A stretch of 64,000 nt of DNA from an uncultured Methylomirabilota bacterium (GCA_963845565.1 CAWJSJ010000001.1:576001-640000); one strand, 5' to 3'. Counted from the stretch's first letter, positions 40,636-52,733 are shown. Numbers and translations are program-made. Notes: a model not told the origin generated them from the sequence alone.

Positions 40636-42609
40636 TTAGGCCCCGAGGTGCGAGGAATTCGTGTCCGCTCTCTGGGGGAGCGCGTCCGCGGGTCGCGTGG
40701 CCCCATTGTCAGCGGTTCCTGTCGGCGTCCTGCCGACCCATGGGAGATAGCGGGTGATCTCGCGGTACAGGTTGCGCGCGCCGTAGCGCATCTGATCCGA
40801 CTCGACCACGTAGCCGCAGAGCCACGGCTCGGCGGTCCGCCGCAGGGCTCCGCCCAGGAGGGAGATCCCTGCGGCGAGGCAGAGCAGGGCGCCGAAGACC
40901 AGGGCAACCACCAGCGGCGACAGGATCGCCAATCCGGCCGGCCCCTCCACGCCGGTAAGGCCGGCGGCTGGGAGCGGCGGGAGCTTGGCCAGGGTCGCGC
41001 CGAGCCCCTGTGGACTGCCCAGCAGGGCGCGGTGGATGAGCTGGTAGCCGAGGTGCGGGGCGAGGCCAAGAATCACGCACAAAGCGGCCAAGAGGATCTG
41101 GGGTGCCAACATGGGCCAGCCGGTTTCCGCAATCTGGCCGGACGCCGCCCGTTCGGCAACGTGACGGCTCACGCGGGAGAGGAAGCTCGTGCCGAAGAAC
41201 TTGAGGAAGAGCGCCAGGGTCAGGACGCTGGTCAGCATGGCCAGGACCGCGAACACGGCGAGATAGGGGGCGTGCGCACTCCCCAGGATCGTGGTGATGA
41301 AGATGCTCCATTTGCTGGCAAAGCCGTTGAACAGTGGCACGCCTGCGATGGAGAACGTCCCGATCAGCGCCGTGACCGCCGTGGCCGGAAGGTATTTGAT
41401 CAGGCCGCCCATCCGGTTCAGGTCCTGCGTCCCGGTGGCGTAGAGGAGCGACCCGGCGTTCAGGAAGAGCAGGCTCTTGAACAGCCCGTGGTTCAGCATG
41501 TGGAAGACGGATGCGGAGAAACCGATGGTGGCCAGGAAGAGCACCGCGTCGTCGGTTCGCCCGGGCTTGATCAGCGCGAGACAGGCGCCCAGGGGGAGGA
41601 GAATATAGCCCACCTGGCCGATGCTGCTGAAGGCGAGGAGCCGCTTCGACTCGTCCTGCCCCAGGGCCTGCGTGGTGCCGATGAAGAGGGTGGCCGTCGC
41701 CAGGGCCGCGATGACGAGACCCCAGACCTCGCTGGGGTACGCGTCCGCCGCCTCGGCCGGCACGAGCCAGAGGAAGGAGCGCATGAGGCCGTAAATACCC
41801 GTCTTGATCATGACGCCGGACAACAGGGCGCTCACCGGGGACGGGGCGGCGGGGTGGGCGGCGGGCAGCCACCATTGCCCAAAGGGCCACACGCCGGCCT
41901 TGATGCCGAACCCGATCAGGAAGCACACCATGCCCGCGGCGGCCTGGCCGGCCCCCGTCCGGAGGAGATCCGGCATCCCGTGGCTGATGGCGTCGAAGTC
42001 GTAACGCATCAGCGTTTCGCCCGCCAGGGTGACCGATCCCTGTGCCAAGATGCCCGCGCCGAGGAGGATGAAGGCGCAGGCAACTTCCATGGCGATGAGA
42101 TACCGGTTGGCCGCGCGGACGTTCGCGCGGTGCTTGTAGTCGAAACGGACCAGGAAGTAGGAGGAGACCGTCATGAGTTGCCAGAGCAGGAAGAACCCGG
42201 CCATCAGGTCGGTCACGATCACGATTCCATACATGCCGGCGACGAAGAGCAGGAAGTAGGGATAGTACCGGTACAGGCCGTAGTCCGGGTAGTGCTCCAT
42301 GTACTGGATGGAATAGAGGGCCGACAGCGCCGAGATCACGGCGATGAGCAGCAGGAACAGGGCGCTCAGGCCGTCCACGTAAATCCGGAGGGCGGACGCG
42401 TATTGCGGCAACGTCCAGACGGTGACCGCCTGTCCCGGTCCCGAGGCCAAGACGCTCACGGCCGCGCCGATGGCCAGGAAGCTGGACAACGCTGTGACGC
42501 CGCAGGCCACCTGGCCGGCCAACACCCGGTTCCGGGATACCGGGATGACCAGCACGGCGCCGCCCAGCAACACGACAAAGGCGGCCATCATGACGGTTGC
42601 AGCAGTCAT
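40636..42609 (-). CDS. Antiporter-like membrane subunit (HycC/HyfB/NuoL-like)
   Basis: GFGIKAGVWPFGQWWLPAAHPAAPSPVSALLSGVMIK, KRLLAFSSIGQVG, NHGLFKSLLF and PLFNGFASKW. Confidence 0.9.
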   Translation of the reverse strand: MTAATVMMAAFVVLLGGAVLVIPVSRNRVLAGQVACGVTALSSFLAIGAAVSVLASGPGQAVTVWTLPQYASALRIYVDGLSALFLLLIAVISALSALYSIQYMEHYPDYGLYRYYPYFLLFVAGMYGIVIVTDLMAGFFLLWQLMTVSSYFLVRFDYKHRANVRAANRYLIAMEVACAFILLGAGILAQGSVTLAGETLMRYDFDAISHGMPDLLRTGAGQAAAGMVCFLIGFGIKAGVWPFGQWWLPAAHPAAPSPVSALLSGVMIKTGIYGLMRSFLWLVPAEAADAYPSEVWGLVIAALATATLFIGTTQALGQDESKRLLAFSSIGQVGYILLPLGACLALIKPGRTDDAVLFLATIGFSASVFHMLNHGLFKSLLFLNAGSLLYATGTQDLNRMGGLIKYLPATAVTALIGTFSIAGVPLFNGFASKWSIFITTILGSAHAPYLAVFAVLAMLTSVLTLALFLKFFGTSFLSRVSRHVAERAASGQIAETGWPMLAPQILLAALCVILGLAPHLGYQLIHRALLGSPQGLGATLAKLPPLPAAGLTGVEGPAGLAILSPLVVALVFGALLCLAAGISLLGGALRRTAEPWLCGYVVESDQMRYGARNLYREITRYLPWVGRTPTGTADNGATRPADALPQRADTNSSHLGA

Positions 42610-43124
42610 GGTCGCTCCCCACAGACCGCCGGGGGTTGGGTTCCGGCCGGCAGGACCTCGGCCAAGAGGTCGCGCAAGACATCGAGCGTCGTTTGCACCG
42701 GCTCCGACAGGCCGGGGGCCTGGTCCACGGATTGAGGTTGGACGCCGAGGAGGACGACACGCGTCGCGCCGTCCGTCTCGATCTCGATCAGTCGAGCCAG
42801 CGTTCCCAGCGACAGCTTGTGGGTGGAGAGCTGCGGGTAGCGCCCCACGATCTCGCAGGCATCCCACAGCGCGACGTCCCCGGGCGCCGCGCCCATCTCC
42901 ACGGTATCCAGGAAGAGGATGGTCTGGAAGTCTCCTCGACGCAGTGGTGGCACGAAACGCTCCGGCGTCCGCTCGGCCACGATCACGTCGGAGACGCCGA
43001 GGGCATGCACGGCTTCCGCCAGCCGCACCCCGAACCCGTCGTCGCCACGGTCGGGGTTTCCGATACCCACCAGACAGGTCCGACCCGTAAGCCGTTGGCG
43101 CAATGCGTTCCGGAGGTCGGCCAT
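42606..43124 (-). CDS. hycI: Hydrogenase maturation protease (HycI-like)
   Basis: VGIGNPDRGDDGFG, TPE, STHKL and LGVQP. Confidence 0.85.
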   Translation of the reverse strand: MADLRNALRQRLTGRTCLVGIGNPDRGDDGFGVRLAEAVHALGVSDVIVAERTPERFVPPLRRGDFQTILFLDTVEMGAAPGDVALWDACEIVGRYPQLSTHKLSLGTLARLIEIETDGATRVVLLGVQPQSVDQAPGLSEPVQTTLDVLRDLLAEVLPAGTQPPAVCGERP

Positions 43125-43972
43125 CAGATATCCTCTCCGAGCCGCTTGATCTGCTCGTACGTGAAGACCGGGCCATCGGCGCAGACGTAGGCCAAGCCGA
43201 TGCAGCAGTGACCGCACTTGCCCACGCCGCACTTCATGTACCGCTCCAGCGTGGACATGATGTTTCGGTCCTGGAACCCCATCAACTTGAGGTCCCGGAT
43301 CACGAACCGGAACATGATGGGGGGACCGCACACGAAGGCCGTGGTGTCCTCGACGGGGACCGTGACGCCGGGCTTGCGGAACAGGCTGCCCACAACGCCG
43401 ACGTGGCCGGTCCACTGGTCGTCGCCCCGATCCACGGTGAGATAGCACTCGAAGCCCCGGGTCATCTCCCACTCGCGGAGCGCCCCCAGATACATGAGAT
43501 CCTTCAGACCGCGCGCCCCATAGAAGAGCTGGATCTTGCCGTAGCGGTGCCGATTGTCCAGGGCGTAGTTGAGACAGGAGCGGAGGGGGATCAACCCGAT
43601 GCCGCCGGCCACGAACAGGAGGTTCCGGCCGAAGTACTGGGTCATCGGGAATCCGTTTCCATACGGGCCTCGCACCGCGAATTTGTCCCCAGGCTGCAAC
43701 TGGTGGAGGGCGGCGGTGACGCTCCCCACCCGGCGGACGGTGAAGAACAATTCGTCCTCGGTGGGGCTCGGCGGAAGCGAGGCCGGGAATTCGCCCGCGC
43801 CAAAGACCGACACCTGGGCGAATTGGCCGGGGAGGAACTTGCGAAAGGCCGTCTGCTCGGCCGGGTCCTCAAAATGCCAGTAAAACGTCTTGACGTCCGC
43901 GATCTCCTCCACCACGCGGTCCATGATCGCGATCTTGGGGAGATAGACGTTCTCAGGTTGCGGCTGGCTCAT
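43124..43972 (-). CDS. FAD/NAD(P)-binding [2Fe-2S] protein (AsrB/HydG/FlxA-like)
   Basis: PGQF, RGPYGNGF, AGGIGLIPLRS, CGPPIM and MKCGVGKCGHC...CADGPVF. Confidence 0.9.
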   Translation of the reverse strand: MSQPQPENVYLPKIAIMDRVVEEIADVKTFYWHFEDPAEQTAFRKFLPGQFAQVSVFGAGEFPASLPPSPTEDELFFTVRRVGSVTAALHQLQPGDKFAVRGPYGNGFPMTQYFGRNLLFVAGGIGLIPLRSCLNYALDNRHRYGKIQLFYGARGLKDLMYLGALREWEMTRGFECYLTVDRGDDQWTGHVGVVGSLFRKPGVTVPVEDTTAFVCGPPIMFRFVIRDLKLMGFQDRNIMSTLERYMKCGVGKCGHCCIGLAYVCADGPVFTYEQIKRLGEDI

Positions 43973-45035
43973 GTCGCTCGCTCTCCGCCGTGGTGCGGCG
44001 CACGATCTCCACCACGTTGGGCATGCCGATGTCCCCGTGACAGACCTCGACGCAGCGCCCGCAGCCCACGCAGGCCACCGACAGTTCCCGCTGGATGAAG
44101 TAGTGGGCCAGCTTCCGGAAAAACCGCCGATTGCGGCGGTCGTGGGCGGCCTTCCGGGGGTTGAAGCCCCCGGCCATGCGGGTGAAGCCGCCCAAGGCGC
44201 AGGCGTCCCAGAGGCGCACGCGCTCGTAATCGGCGGGCCCGACCTGGCGTTCCGTCACGGTGAAGCAGGTGCAGGTCGGACACATATAGCTACAGCCGCC
44301 GCATTCCAGACACCGGTTGCCGATCTGCTCCCAGGTCGCGTCGCTGACCTGCTCGGAGGTGATGTAGTGCACGGTGGACCAGTACCAGCTCGTCGCCAGT
44401 CGGAAGCGCTTGCGCACGTCATTCAGGATCTGCCGTCGGCGGGCCAGGTGGGTCGGCGTGCCCTTGCGGAACATGGGGTGGGCGAAGAGGGCTTCGCCTT
44501 TGTCGGTGCCGGCGACCACCAGGAATTCGTCCCCCAGGTCCATGAGCTGCAGGTCGAAGTGTTCGCGGGCGGCTGGACCGGTGTCGGCGCACATACAGAA
44601 ACAGTCGTTGTCGATGTCGAGGTCCGGGTCGGTGCAGACCACGTTCACCAGGAACAGGTTGCGGCGGTGCTGCTCGTAGTAGGTGTCCTTGAAATCGCGG
44701 CCCAGATAGAAGCGATCGAGGTGATAGATGCCCGCGGTGTCGCAGGAACGGATGCCGAAGATGGCGCGGGGCGGGGCCTCGCAGGTCGCGTGAATGCGCG
44801 GGTGCGTGTTGAGGTGAATCTGGAGGAGCCGCTCGATGTGCGGGAGGACATATCGCTTGGGCGGATAGTACGGGTTGGGAATATGTACCTGGACCAGATG
44901 CCGGTTGGCGTCGGTGACGGAATCGAAGCAGGTGTCGCGTCCCCGGCCGTAGAAGGGGGCGATGACCTCGTATTCTTCGCGCAGGAGGTCCACCAGCGAG
45001 AGCAGGTTGGCCTTGTCCATGATTCGTGCCCGCAT
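43953..45035 (-). CDS. 4Fe-4S dicluster protein (AsrA/HydB/FlxB-like)
   Basis: FGIRSCD, CFC, CLECGGCSYMCPTCTCF, RLWDAC and CVGCGRCVEVC. Confidence 0.9.
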   Translation of the reverse strand: MRARIMDKANLLSLVDLLREEYEVIAPFYGRGRDTCFDSVTDANRHLVQVHIPNPYYPPKRYVLPHIERLLQIHLNTHPRIHATCEAPPRAIFGIRSCDTAGIYHLDRFYLGRDFKDTYYEQHRRNLFLVNVVCTDPDLDIDNDCFCMCADTGPAAREHFDLQLMDLGDEFLVVAGTDKGEALFAHPMFRKGTPTHLARRRQILNDVRKRFRLATSWYWSTVHYITSEQVSDATWEQIGNRCLECGGCSYMCPTCTCFTVTERQVGPADYERVRLWDACALGGFTRMAGGFNPRKAAHDRRNRRFFRKLAHYFIQRELSVACVGCGRCVEVCHGDIGMPNVVEIVRRTTAESERHEPAAT

Positions 45036-45037
45036 CG

Positions 45038-47068
45038 TCAGACCCTTTCCAGCCGGACGCAGACGGGGAGACGTCCGCCGCGCGACGAGGCGGCCGCGTC
45101 ACCCAGGAGCTGCCCCCGGACCTCGCGGAGAAAATACGGGACGAAGATCATGCCCGACTTCACCTCGCGGGTGACACGGGCCCAGGTGGTGGCGACGCCG
45201 GTCACGCCGACCAAGCGGACCTTGGCGCCGTCCCGAATCTCCAGCCGCTTGGCGTCGTCGGCGTTGACGTCCACGAAGCCCTCGGGGTAGTCGAGGAGGA
45301 GAATCTGATACTCGCGCTTCAATGTTTCGCTGTGCTGGACCAGCACGTTCTGATGCCAATAGTACAGGGAGTGGCCGAAACTGAGCGTGAAGGGGTAGTC
45401 GTCGGACGCGCAGGGGGGCTGGCTGGGCCGCGGGATGGGGACCAGGCTGAAGGGCTGCCCGACGATCCCCTCCTCGAAGAGGAAGCGGGTCCCCAGCGGT
45501 TTGTCCGTGCCGCACGGCCACTGGCGGCCGTAATCCCGGGCCAGATTGTCGTAGGTCGCGGCCCCATAGAAGGGGACGGCCCGTCCGATCTCTCGCATGA
45601 CGTCGGCGGCGGCGGCGTACTCCCATCCGGCCCCCAGGCTGTTCGCCATGCGGACGATCTGCCGCCAGGCGGGCGCGAGGCCGGAGGGCGGGTCTACGGC
45701 CTTGCCGACGAGCTGGATCCGACGCTCGGTATTCGTGAAGGTGACCTGCTCTTCCCCAAAGGCCGCCACCGGTAGGACGACGTGGGCGTACTTGGCGGTC
45801 TCGGTGAGGAACGGGTGCTGGACGATGACCAGGTCGAGTTGCCGAAGGACGGCCGACGCGTCGGCAGAGGCCGCCATGACCGGGTCGTGTCGGCAGAGCC
45901 ACAGGGCACGCACGGCGCCTTTCCCGTGTCGCCCGAGCAGTTGCTCCGCCCCCTGGCCGGGCTTGATGGGAAGGGGCGCCCCCCAGAGCACCTCGAAGGA
46001 ACGGCGTCCGGCATCGTCCGCCACCGGCACGTAGCCGGGCAGTCGGTTGGGCAGCATCCCCATGTCGCAGACGCCCTGGAGATTGTTGTGCTCGGTCAGC
46101 GCGAAGACGCCCGCCCCCGCCTTCCCGATATTACCGGTGAGCAGGGCCAGATTGACCAAGGCCTGAATCGCCTCGGCGCCGCTGGCTTCCACACCGGTCG
46201 AGAAGAGGATGGCGGCGGCGCGGGCACGACCGTAGGTGACGGCGGCCTCCTCGATCAGTTCCGGCGGGATGCCGCAGGCGTCGGCCGCCCACAGGACGTC
46301 GTAGGCGTGGACCGCCTCCAGGAACGGCTCGACATTCCTGCAGTGGGCCTTGAGGAAGCGTGCGTCGAACAGCCCCCGATCCACAATGACCTTCGCCAAG
46401 GCCCCGTACAGGGCCGCGTCGCTGCCCGGACGCACCTGGAGAAAGACGTCGGCATGTTCCGCCAGCCGATGTCGCCGCGGGTCGATGACGATGAGCTTCC
46501 GACCCTTCAGCTTGGCGCGCATGACGCGGCCGCCGATGGTCGGGAGCTGCAACCCCAGGTCCACGCCGTTCACGATGATGGCGTCGCTCGTGTCGAGCTC
46601 GGCGACGGAGTTGGTGCTCGCTGGGACACCCAGCATGGCCAGCAACACGTCGATGCTGTTGTTGCGATACACTCCGAGCCCATGGTCCACGTTGTTGGTA
46701 CCGATGATGGCGCGGGCGAATTTCTGGAGAAGGTAGCTTTCTTCGTTGGAGCCGCGCGGGGAATTGATGAAGCCCACGGCGTTGGGTCCGGCCTGCGCCT
46801 GGACCTGCCGCAGGCGATCGGCCGTATAACCGAGGGCCTCTTCCCAGGTGGCTTCCTGCAACGCGCCGTGCTTGCGGAGCAGCGGGGTGAGGAGACGATC
46901 GGGGGCGCTGGCGACCTCGTTGACGTGCCAGCCTCGCACGCAGATCCGGCCTTGGTTGGTGGGATGGGTCATGCTGGGGTAGGCGCCGGTGAGGCGAGAC
47001 CCAGCGCTCTCCAGGTAGATCCCACAGCCCACACCACAGAACGTGCAGGTGGTCAGCGTGTGGGGCAT
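45038..47068 (-). CDS. FdhF-like molybdopterin-oxidoreductase-fold protein with a degenerate active site
   Basis: CTFCGVGC...C 4Fe-4S motif and the FdhF scaffold (NEESYLLQKFAR, NNLQGVCDMG, FTNTERRIQ) are retained. The active-site loop reads NNVDHGLGVYRNNS, with no Cys/Sec-His. Confidence 0.85.
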   Translation of the reverse strand: MPHTLTTCTFCGVGCGIYLESAGSRLTGAYPSMTHPTNQGRICVRGWHVNEVASAPDRLLTPLLRKHGALQEATWEEALGYTADRLRQVQAQAGPNAVGFINSPRGSNEESYLLQKFARAIIGTNNVDHGLGVYRNNSIDVLLAMLGVPASTNSVAELDTSDAIIVNGVDLGLQLPTIGGRVMRAKLKGRKLIVIDPRRHRLAEHADVFLQVRPGSDAALYGALAKVIVDRGLFDARFLKAHCRNVEPFLEAVHAYDVLWAADACGIPPELIEEAAVTYGRARAAAILFSTGVEASGAEAIQALVNLALLTGNIGKAGAGVFALTEHNNLQGVCDMGMLPNRLPGYVPVADDAGRRSFEVLWGAPLPIKPGQGAEQLLGRHGKGAVRALWLCRHDPVMAASADASAVLRQLDLVIVQHPFLTETAKYAHVVLPVAAFGEEQVTFTNTERRIQLVGKAVDPPSGLAPAWRQIVRMANSLGAGWEYAAAADVMREIGRAVPFYGAATYDNLARDYGRQWPCGTDKPLGTRFLFEEGIVGQPFSLVPIPRPSQPPCASDDYPFTLSFGHSLYYWHQNVLVQHSETLKREYQILLLDYPEGFVDVNADDAKRLEIRDGAKVRLVGVTGVATTWARVTREVKSGMIFVPYFLREVRGQLLGDAAASSRGGRLPVCVRLERV

Positions 47069-47149
47069 CCCGTATTCCTCCTGTTGGGTCGCGCGCTGTC
47101 GTTCACGACCGGAGCGCCTCCTGGGGATGGCGCAAAGAACCGGCTTAAC

Positions 47150-47641
47150 TCACGGGGCGGTGACTCCTTCGCAACGCGCCGGCGCAACCGCCACGGGCGG
47201 CAGGTCGATCAGGGGCGCCACGAGCATCAGGGCATCGGCGATGCCGCCTTTGGTGAGCGGAGAGATCGGCGCGCCGAACCCGAAATCTGCGGCAGGAATG
47301 GTGATCCACCAGGCATCCGGCGCGCGGCCGAATGCGGTCACCGCCAGGCGGAGCACGCGGTCCGGTTCGACGGTGTGGGCCGGACCGGTGTCGTCGGCCG
47401 TCGGGTGGAGACGGCGGACCCGCACCGCGGGATCCTCGGCAGCGGGATGGGCGTCCAGGAAGATGGCGCGCTCCGCCGCGGAGAGCGGGGCGGCCAGTTC
47501 GGGGGTGAGTTGATGGAGGGTGAACACGCGGACGGCGGGGTGGCCCCAGGCGGCGACGCGGCCCGCGGCGACGCGGCCCGCGGCGTCATCGCCGCGCAGG
47601 TCGTTCCCGTAGCCGATCACCAGGATCGAGTCGGAACGCAT
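47150..47641 (-). CDS. hoxW: Hydrogenase maturation protease HoxW
   Basis: VIGYGNDLRGDDAAG, HQLTPELA and FLDA; directly follows hoxH. Confidence 0.88.
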   Translation of the reverse strand: MRSDSILVIGYGNDLRGDDAAGRVAAGRVAAWGHPAVRVFTLHQLTPELAAPLSAAERAIFLDAHPAAEDPAVRVRRLHPTADDTGPAHTVEPDRVLRLAVTAFGRAPDAWWITIPAADFGFGAPISPLTKGGIADALMLVAPLIDLPPVAVAPARCEGVTAP

Positions 47642-47666
47642 CTCCCCCTCCGCCCGGCGAAGTCCC

Positions 47667-49091
47667 TCAGGTGCGCCAGGCTTCGTCGAGGACCACACCG
47701 TCGGATCCCACCAGGGTCACCTGGAGCGGCATAGTGCCGGCGGCATGGGTCGAACAGCTCAGGCAAGGGTCGTAGGCGCGGATCCCCGCCTCGACCCGGT
47801 TCAGCATGCCTTCCGGAATGTGGGGTCCGCGCACGTAGTGACGAGCGATCTGGGCCACGGTCCGATTCATGGCCAGATTGTTCTGGCCGGTGGCGATGAT
47901 CAGGTTCACCTTCTGGATCAGCCCGTATTCGTCGACCCGATAATGGTGGAAGAGGGTGCCGCGCGGCGCCTCGCTCACCCCGACCGCTTCCAGCTGGTTG
48001 ATCCCGGCGTCGGCACGCAGCCGGTCGGACATCAGGTCGGGATCGTCCAGGGCGCGCTCGATCTTCTCGACGGCTGCCAGGATCTCGATCAGTCGCGCGT
48101 GGTGATAGCGGAACGAGGAGGTCACCGTGCCGTTCCCGCGATCGCGAAACTCGCGGAGTTCCTGGTCCGCCAGGGGGGTGCCGATGTGCGAGCAGACGTT
48201 CAGCCGCGCCAGCGGTCCGACGCGGTAGATTCCGTCGGGGTAACCCAGCGGCCGATAGAAGGGCGACTTCAAGTAGGAGTGCGATTCCACCGCCTCGCCG
48301 ATGAACTCCTGGTACCGCCGGGCCTCCAGCCGGTCCGCGATGACATTGCCGGCGCTGTCCACGAAGCGGAGGTGGCCGTCGTAATGCTCCCATGCGCCGT
48401 CATGGCCGACCAGGCCCATGAAGAGGCTGGGGAAGTTGCCGAAGATGTGGGCCTCTTTCTCGAAGGAGGGGAGCATTCGTTTGAAGCGGCCCAGCGTCTC
48501 GAGGATGGTGGCGCGCGCCTCCGGGATGCGGGTACGGATCTGGCCGTGCGACTCCTGCGAGAGCGCCGAGCGGACACCGCCCGGCACGGCCCAGGCGGGG
48601 TGGATCTTCTGCCCGCCGAGGTGCGCGATGATCTCCTGTCCGAATTGGCGCAGGCGGATGCCGGAGCGCGCCAACTCGGGCTCGGCGGCGACCAGGCCGA
48701 AAATGTTCCGGGTGGCCGGGTCGCTATCGAATCCCAAGATGAAGTCAGGTGCGCTGAGGTGAAAGAAGCTCAGGGCATGGGACTGCAGGATCTGGCCCAG
48801 ATTCATCAGACGCCGCAGCTTCTCCGCGGCGGGGGGGACGCTCACCGCGAGAATCGCGTCGCCCGCTTTGGCGGAAGCCAGGAGGTGGCTGACCGGGCAG
48901 ATCCCACAGACACGGGCGGTGATCCCGGGCATTTCGTAGAGCGGGCGGCCTTCGCAGAACCGCTCGAAGCCGCGGAACTCGGTGACGTGGAATTTGGCAT
49001 CGACCACCTGTCCGGTGTCGTCGAGATAGATGGTGATCTTGGCATGGCCTTCGATGCGGGTGACGGGATCGATGACAATCCGCTGAGTCAT
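47667..49091 (-). CDS. hoxH: Bidirectional NAD-linked [NiFe]-hydrogenase large subunit (group 3d)
   Basis: [23 protein letters not shown] and [12 protein letters not shown]. Confidence 0.95.
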   Translation of the reverse strand: MTQRIVIDPVTRIEGHAKITIYLDDTGQVVDAKFHVTEFRGFERFCEGRPLYEMPGITARVCGICPVSHLLASAKAGDAILAVSVPPAAEKLRRLMNLGQILQSHALSFFHLSAPDFILGFDSDPATRNIFGLVAAEPELARSGIRLRQFGQEIIAHLGGQKIHPAWAVPGGVRSALSQESHGQIRTRIPEARATILETLGRFKRMLPSFEKEAHIFGNFPSLFMGLVGHDGAWEHYDGHLRFVDSAGNVIADRLEARRYQEFIGEAVESHSYLKSPFYRPLGYPDGIYRVGPLARLNVCSHIGTPLADQELREFRDRGNGTVTSSFRYHHARLIEILAAVEKIERALDDPDLMSDRLRADAGINQLEAVGVSEAPRGTLFHHYRVDEYGLIQKVNLIIATGQNNLAMNRTVAQIARHYVRGPHIPEGMLNRVEAGIRAYDPCLSCSTHAAGTMPLQVTLVGSDGVVLDEAWRT

Positions 49092-49156
49092 GGACGAATT
49101 CGTCTCCGTGTGTGCGTGAGTCCTCGGCACCTGGTCTCGCTGCGTGCGGGCGGTGC

Positions 49157-49699
49157 CTACCCCGCTTTCAGGTCCCGACCGGTCAGGACGGGTACCTTGC
49201 CTGCCAGAAGTTGCTCCAAGACGGCCCTGATGCGGTCCGCCGGCGGCGGGCAGCCGGGCAGGAAGGTCTCCACCGGCACGACCTCGTGCACCGGCTGGAC
49301 CCGATCCAGGAGGACCGGCACGATCCCCGGATCGGCGGGGATCTGGGCGGCGATGTCTGCCCCCTCCAGATAGGCACGGGTGAGCACGTGCTCCGCGGAG
49401 CCAAGCGGGTTCCGCATGGCCGTGACGTTGCCGGTGACCGCGCAATCGCCGAACGAGACCAGATGCGTCGTGTGCCGTCGGATCCGACGGATCAGGTGCA
49501 AGTGCTCGTCGTTGGCCACGGCACCTTCGATGAGGGCTACGTCCACCCCTTCGGGGTACTCCTTGACATCGGCGATCGGGCTATACACCAACCGGACGTG
49601 GCCGGCGAGAGTGATGAGCCATTCGTCCAGGTCGAGGAACGACATATGGCAACCCGAGCAGCCGCCCAGCCAGACGGTGGCCAGCCTTATCGGATCCAT
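49157..49699 (-). CDS. hoxY: Bidirectional hydrogenase small subunit
   Basis: [30 protein letters not shown] and PGCPP. Confidence 0.95.
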   Translation of the reverse strand: MDPIRLATVWLGGCSGCHMSFLDLDEWLITLAGHVRLVYSPIADVKEYPEGVDVALIEGAVANDEHLHLIRRIRRHTTHLVSFGDCAVTGNVTAMRNPLGSAEHVLTRAYLEGADIAAQIPADPGIVPVLLDRVQPVHEVVPVETFLPGCPPPADRIRAVLEQLLAGKVPVLTGRDLKAG

Positions 49700-50403
49700 T
49701 GTTTCTTCTCCCGTGCGGTGACGATGAATTCCAGGCGCCAGCGGTCCCGCTCCATCTCGGACACGGTGACGCCGCGGCGGAAGATGGCACCGGTCGGGCA
49801 GGCGTGCACACATTTGCCGCAGGCGGTACAGCTCTTGGCCTGGCCCCAGGGCTGGTTGAGATCGGTGATGACGAGGGTATGCGCGCCGCGGCCCGCCATG
49901 TCCCAGGTGTGCGCGCCCTCGATCTCGTCGCAGACGCGCACGCAACGGGCGCACAGGACGCACCGATTGTGGTCGACCCCGTACCGCTCGTGGGTGACGT
50001 CCACGGTGTGCGGCGGGAACATGTAGTCGAAGCGGACGTGATCCATCCCCACGGCGATGGCCAGGTCCTGCAGTTCGCAATGGCCGTTGGCGACACAGAC
50101 GGCGCACACGTGGTTTCGCTCCGCGAAGAGCAGCTCCATGATCATCCGGCGGTAGTCCCGGATCCGATCCGTGTTGGTGCGGATCTCCATGCCCTCGGCC
50201 ACCGTGGTGACGCAGGCGGGCACCAGCCGGTTGCTGGCGCCGACCTCAACCAGACAGACCCGGCAGGCGCCGACGGGGGTCACGCCTTCCAGGCGGCAGA
50301 GGGCGGGGATGAAGATCCCAGCCTCGTGGGCGGCCTCGAGGACCGTCTGGTCCTCGTGGGCGCTGACGAGCTGTCCATCGATGGTGAGTGTCTTTACGGC
50401 CAT
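49687..50403 (-). CDS. hoxU: Bidirectional hydrogenase FeS subunit
   Basis: [38 protein letters not shown] and [15 protein letters not shown]. Confidence 0.95.
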   Translation of the reverse strand: MAVKTLTIDGQLVSAHEDQTVLEAAHEAGIFIPALCRLEGVTPVGACRVCLVEVGASNRLVPACVTTVAEGMEIRTNTDRIRDYRRMIMELLFAERNHVCAVCVANGHCELQDLAIAVGMDHVRFDYMFPPHTVDVTHERYGVDHNRCVLCARCVRVCDEIEGAHTWDMAGRGAHTLVITDLNQPWGQAKSCTACGKCVHACPTGAIFRRGVTVSEMERDRWRLEFIVTAREKKQWIR

Positions 50404-50434
50404 GATCGCCGACCTCGCGCGCGAGTGAACGTGA

Positions 50435-52061
<1,627 letters not shown>

Positions 52062-52084
<23 letters not shown>

Positions 52085-52610
52085 TCTCGAGCCATCCTTT
52101 CACGTGCGTCACGACACTGTCGGGCGTCTGGTTACCCACCACGACGCCGTCGAGGACGACGGCGGGGGCAATGCCGCAGGCGCCGATGCAGCGCGCCTGG
52201 ATGAGCGACATGCTTCCGTCCGACCGGGTTTCCCCGGAGCGGACCTTTGCGTAGTCTTCGACGGTCTTGACCAGCGTGGCCGCGCCTTTCACGTAGCAGG
52301 CCGTTCCCATGCAGACCACACAGGTGTGTCGACCCTTCGGCTTCAGGGAAAAGAAGTGATAAAAGGTGGCGACGCCATAGACGCGGCTGGGGGGGAGCTT
52401 CAGACCCTGCGCGATATACACCAAGAGTTCGGGGTCGAGATACCCGTAAAGTTCCTGTGCCGTGTGGAGGACCTCGATGAGTGCATCGGCTTGGTATTGG
52501 TGGCGTTTCATTGCGGCAGCCAGCATTTTTTGCCGGTTGTCGGCCGCCAGCCCTTTGGTCGGAATTCGGCCGTTTCCCTGTGTCTTCGCCGTGGCAGTGG
52601 CGGACGCCAT
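52062..52610 (-). CDS. hoxE: Bidirectional hydrogenase subunit HoxE (NuoE-like)
   Basis: [27 protein letters not shown] and [10 protein letters not shown]. Confidence 0.93.
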
Positions 52611-52717
52611 AATCACCCCCTGCGTGGGGCCGTCCCAGCGACTCACAGACAACATCCGGGGTCGCGGTCCCGACGCACCACCGAGAATAGCTTTAGACAC
52701 CAACGAGCAAAAGAGTC

Positions 52718-52733
52718 TGTAAAGAAAGTCACA
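52718..52733. promoter_or_regulatory. Possible Crp/Fnr-family binding site upstream of hoxE
   Basis: TGTAA-N6-TCACA, one mismatch to TGTGA-N6-TCACA, in an AT-richer intergenic region. Confidence 0.3.

Noticed and set aside
36679..42609. Complex I (nuo) or Ehr-type complex lacking NiFe
   Set aside because: The large subunit has both CxxC Ni motifs, a cleavable tail and an adjacent protease.
43124..45035. Anaerobic sulfite reductase or group 3b sulfhydrogenase
   Set aside because: No asrC siroheme subunit and no group 3b alpha/delta subunits adjacent.
45038..47068. Selenocysteine formate dehydrogenase
   Set aside because: The equivalent codon is TAT (Tyr), there is no in-frame TGA, and the His and Arg are also absent.
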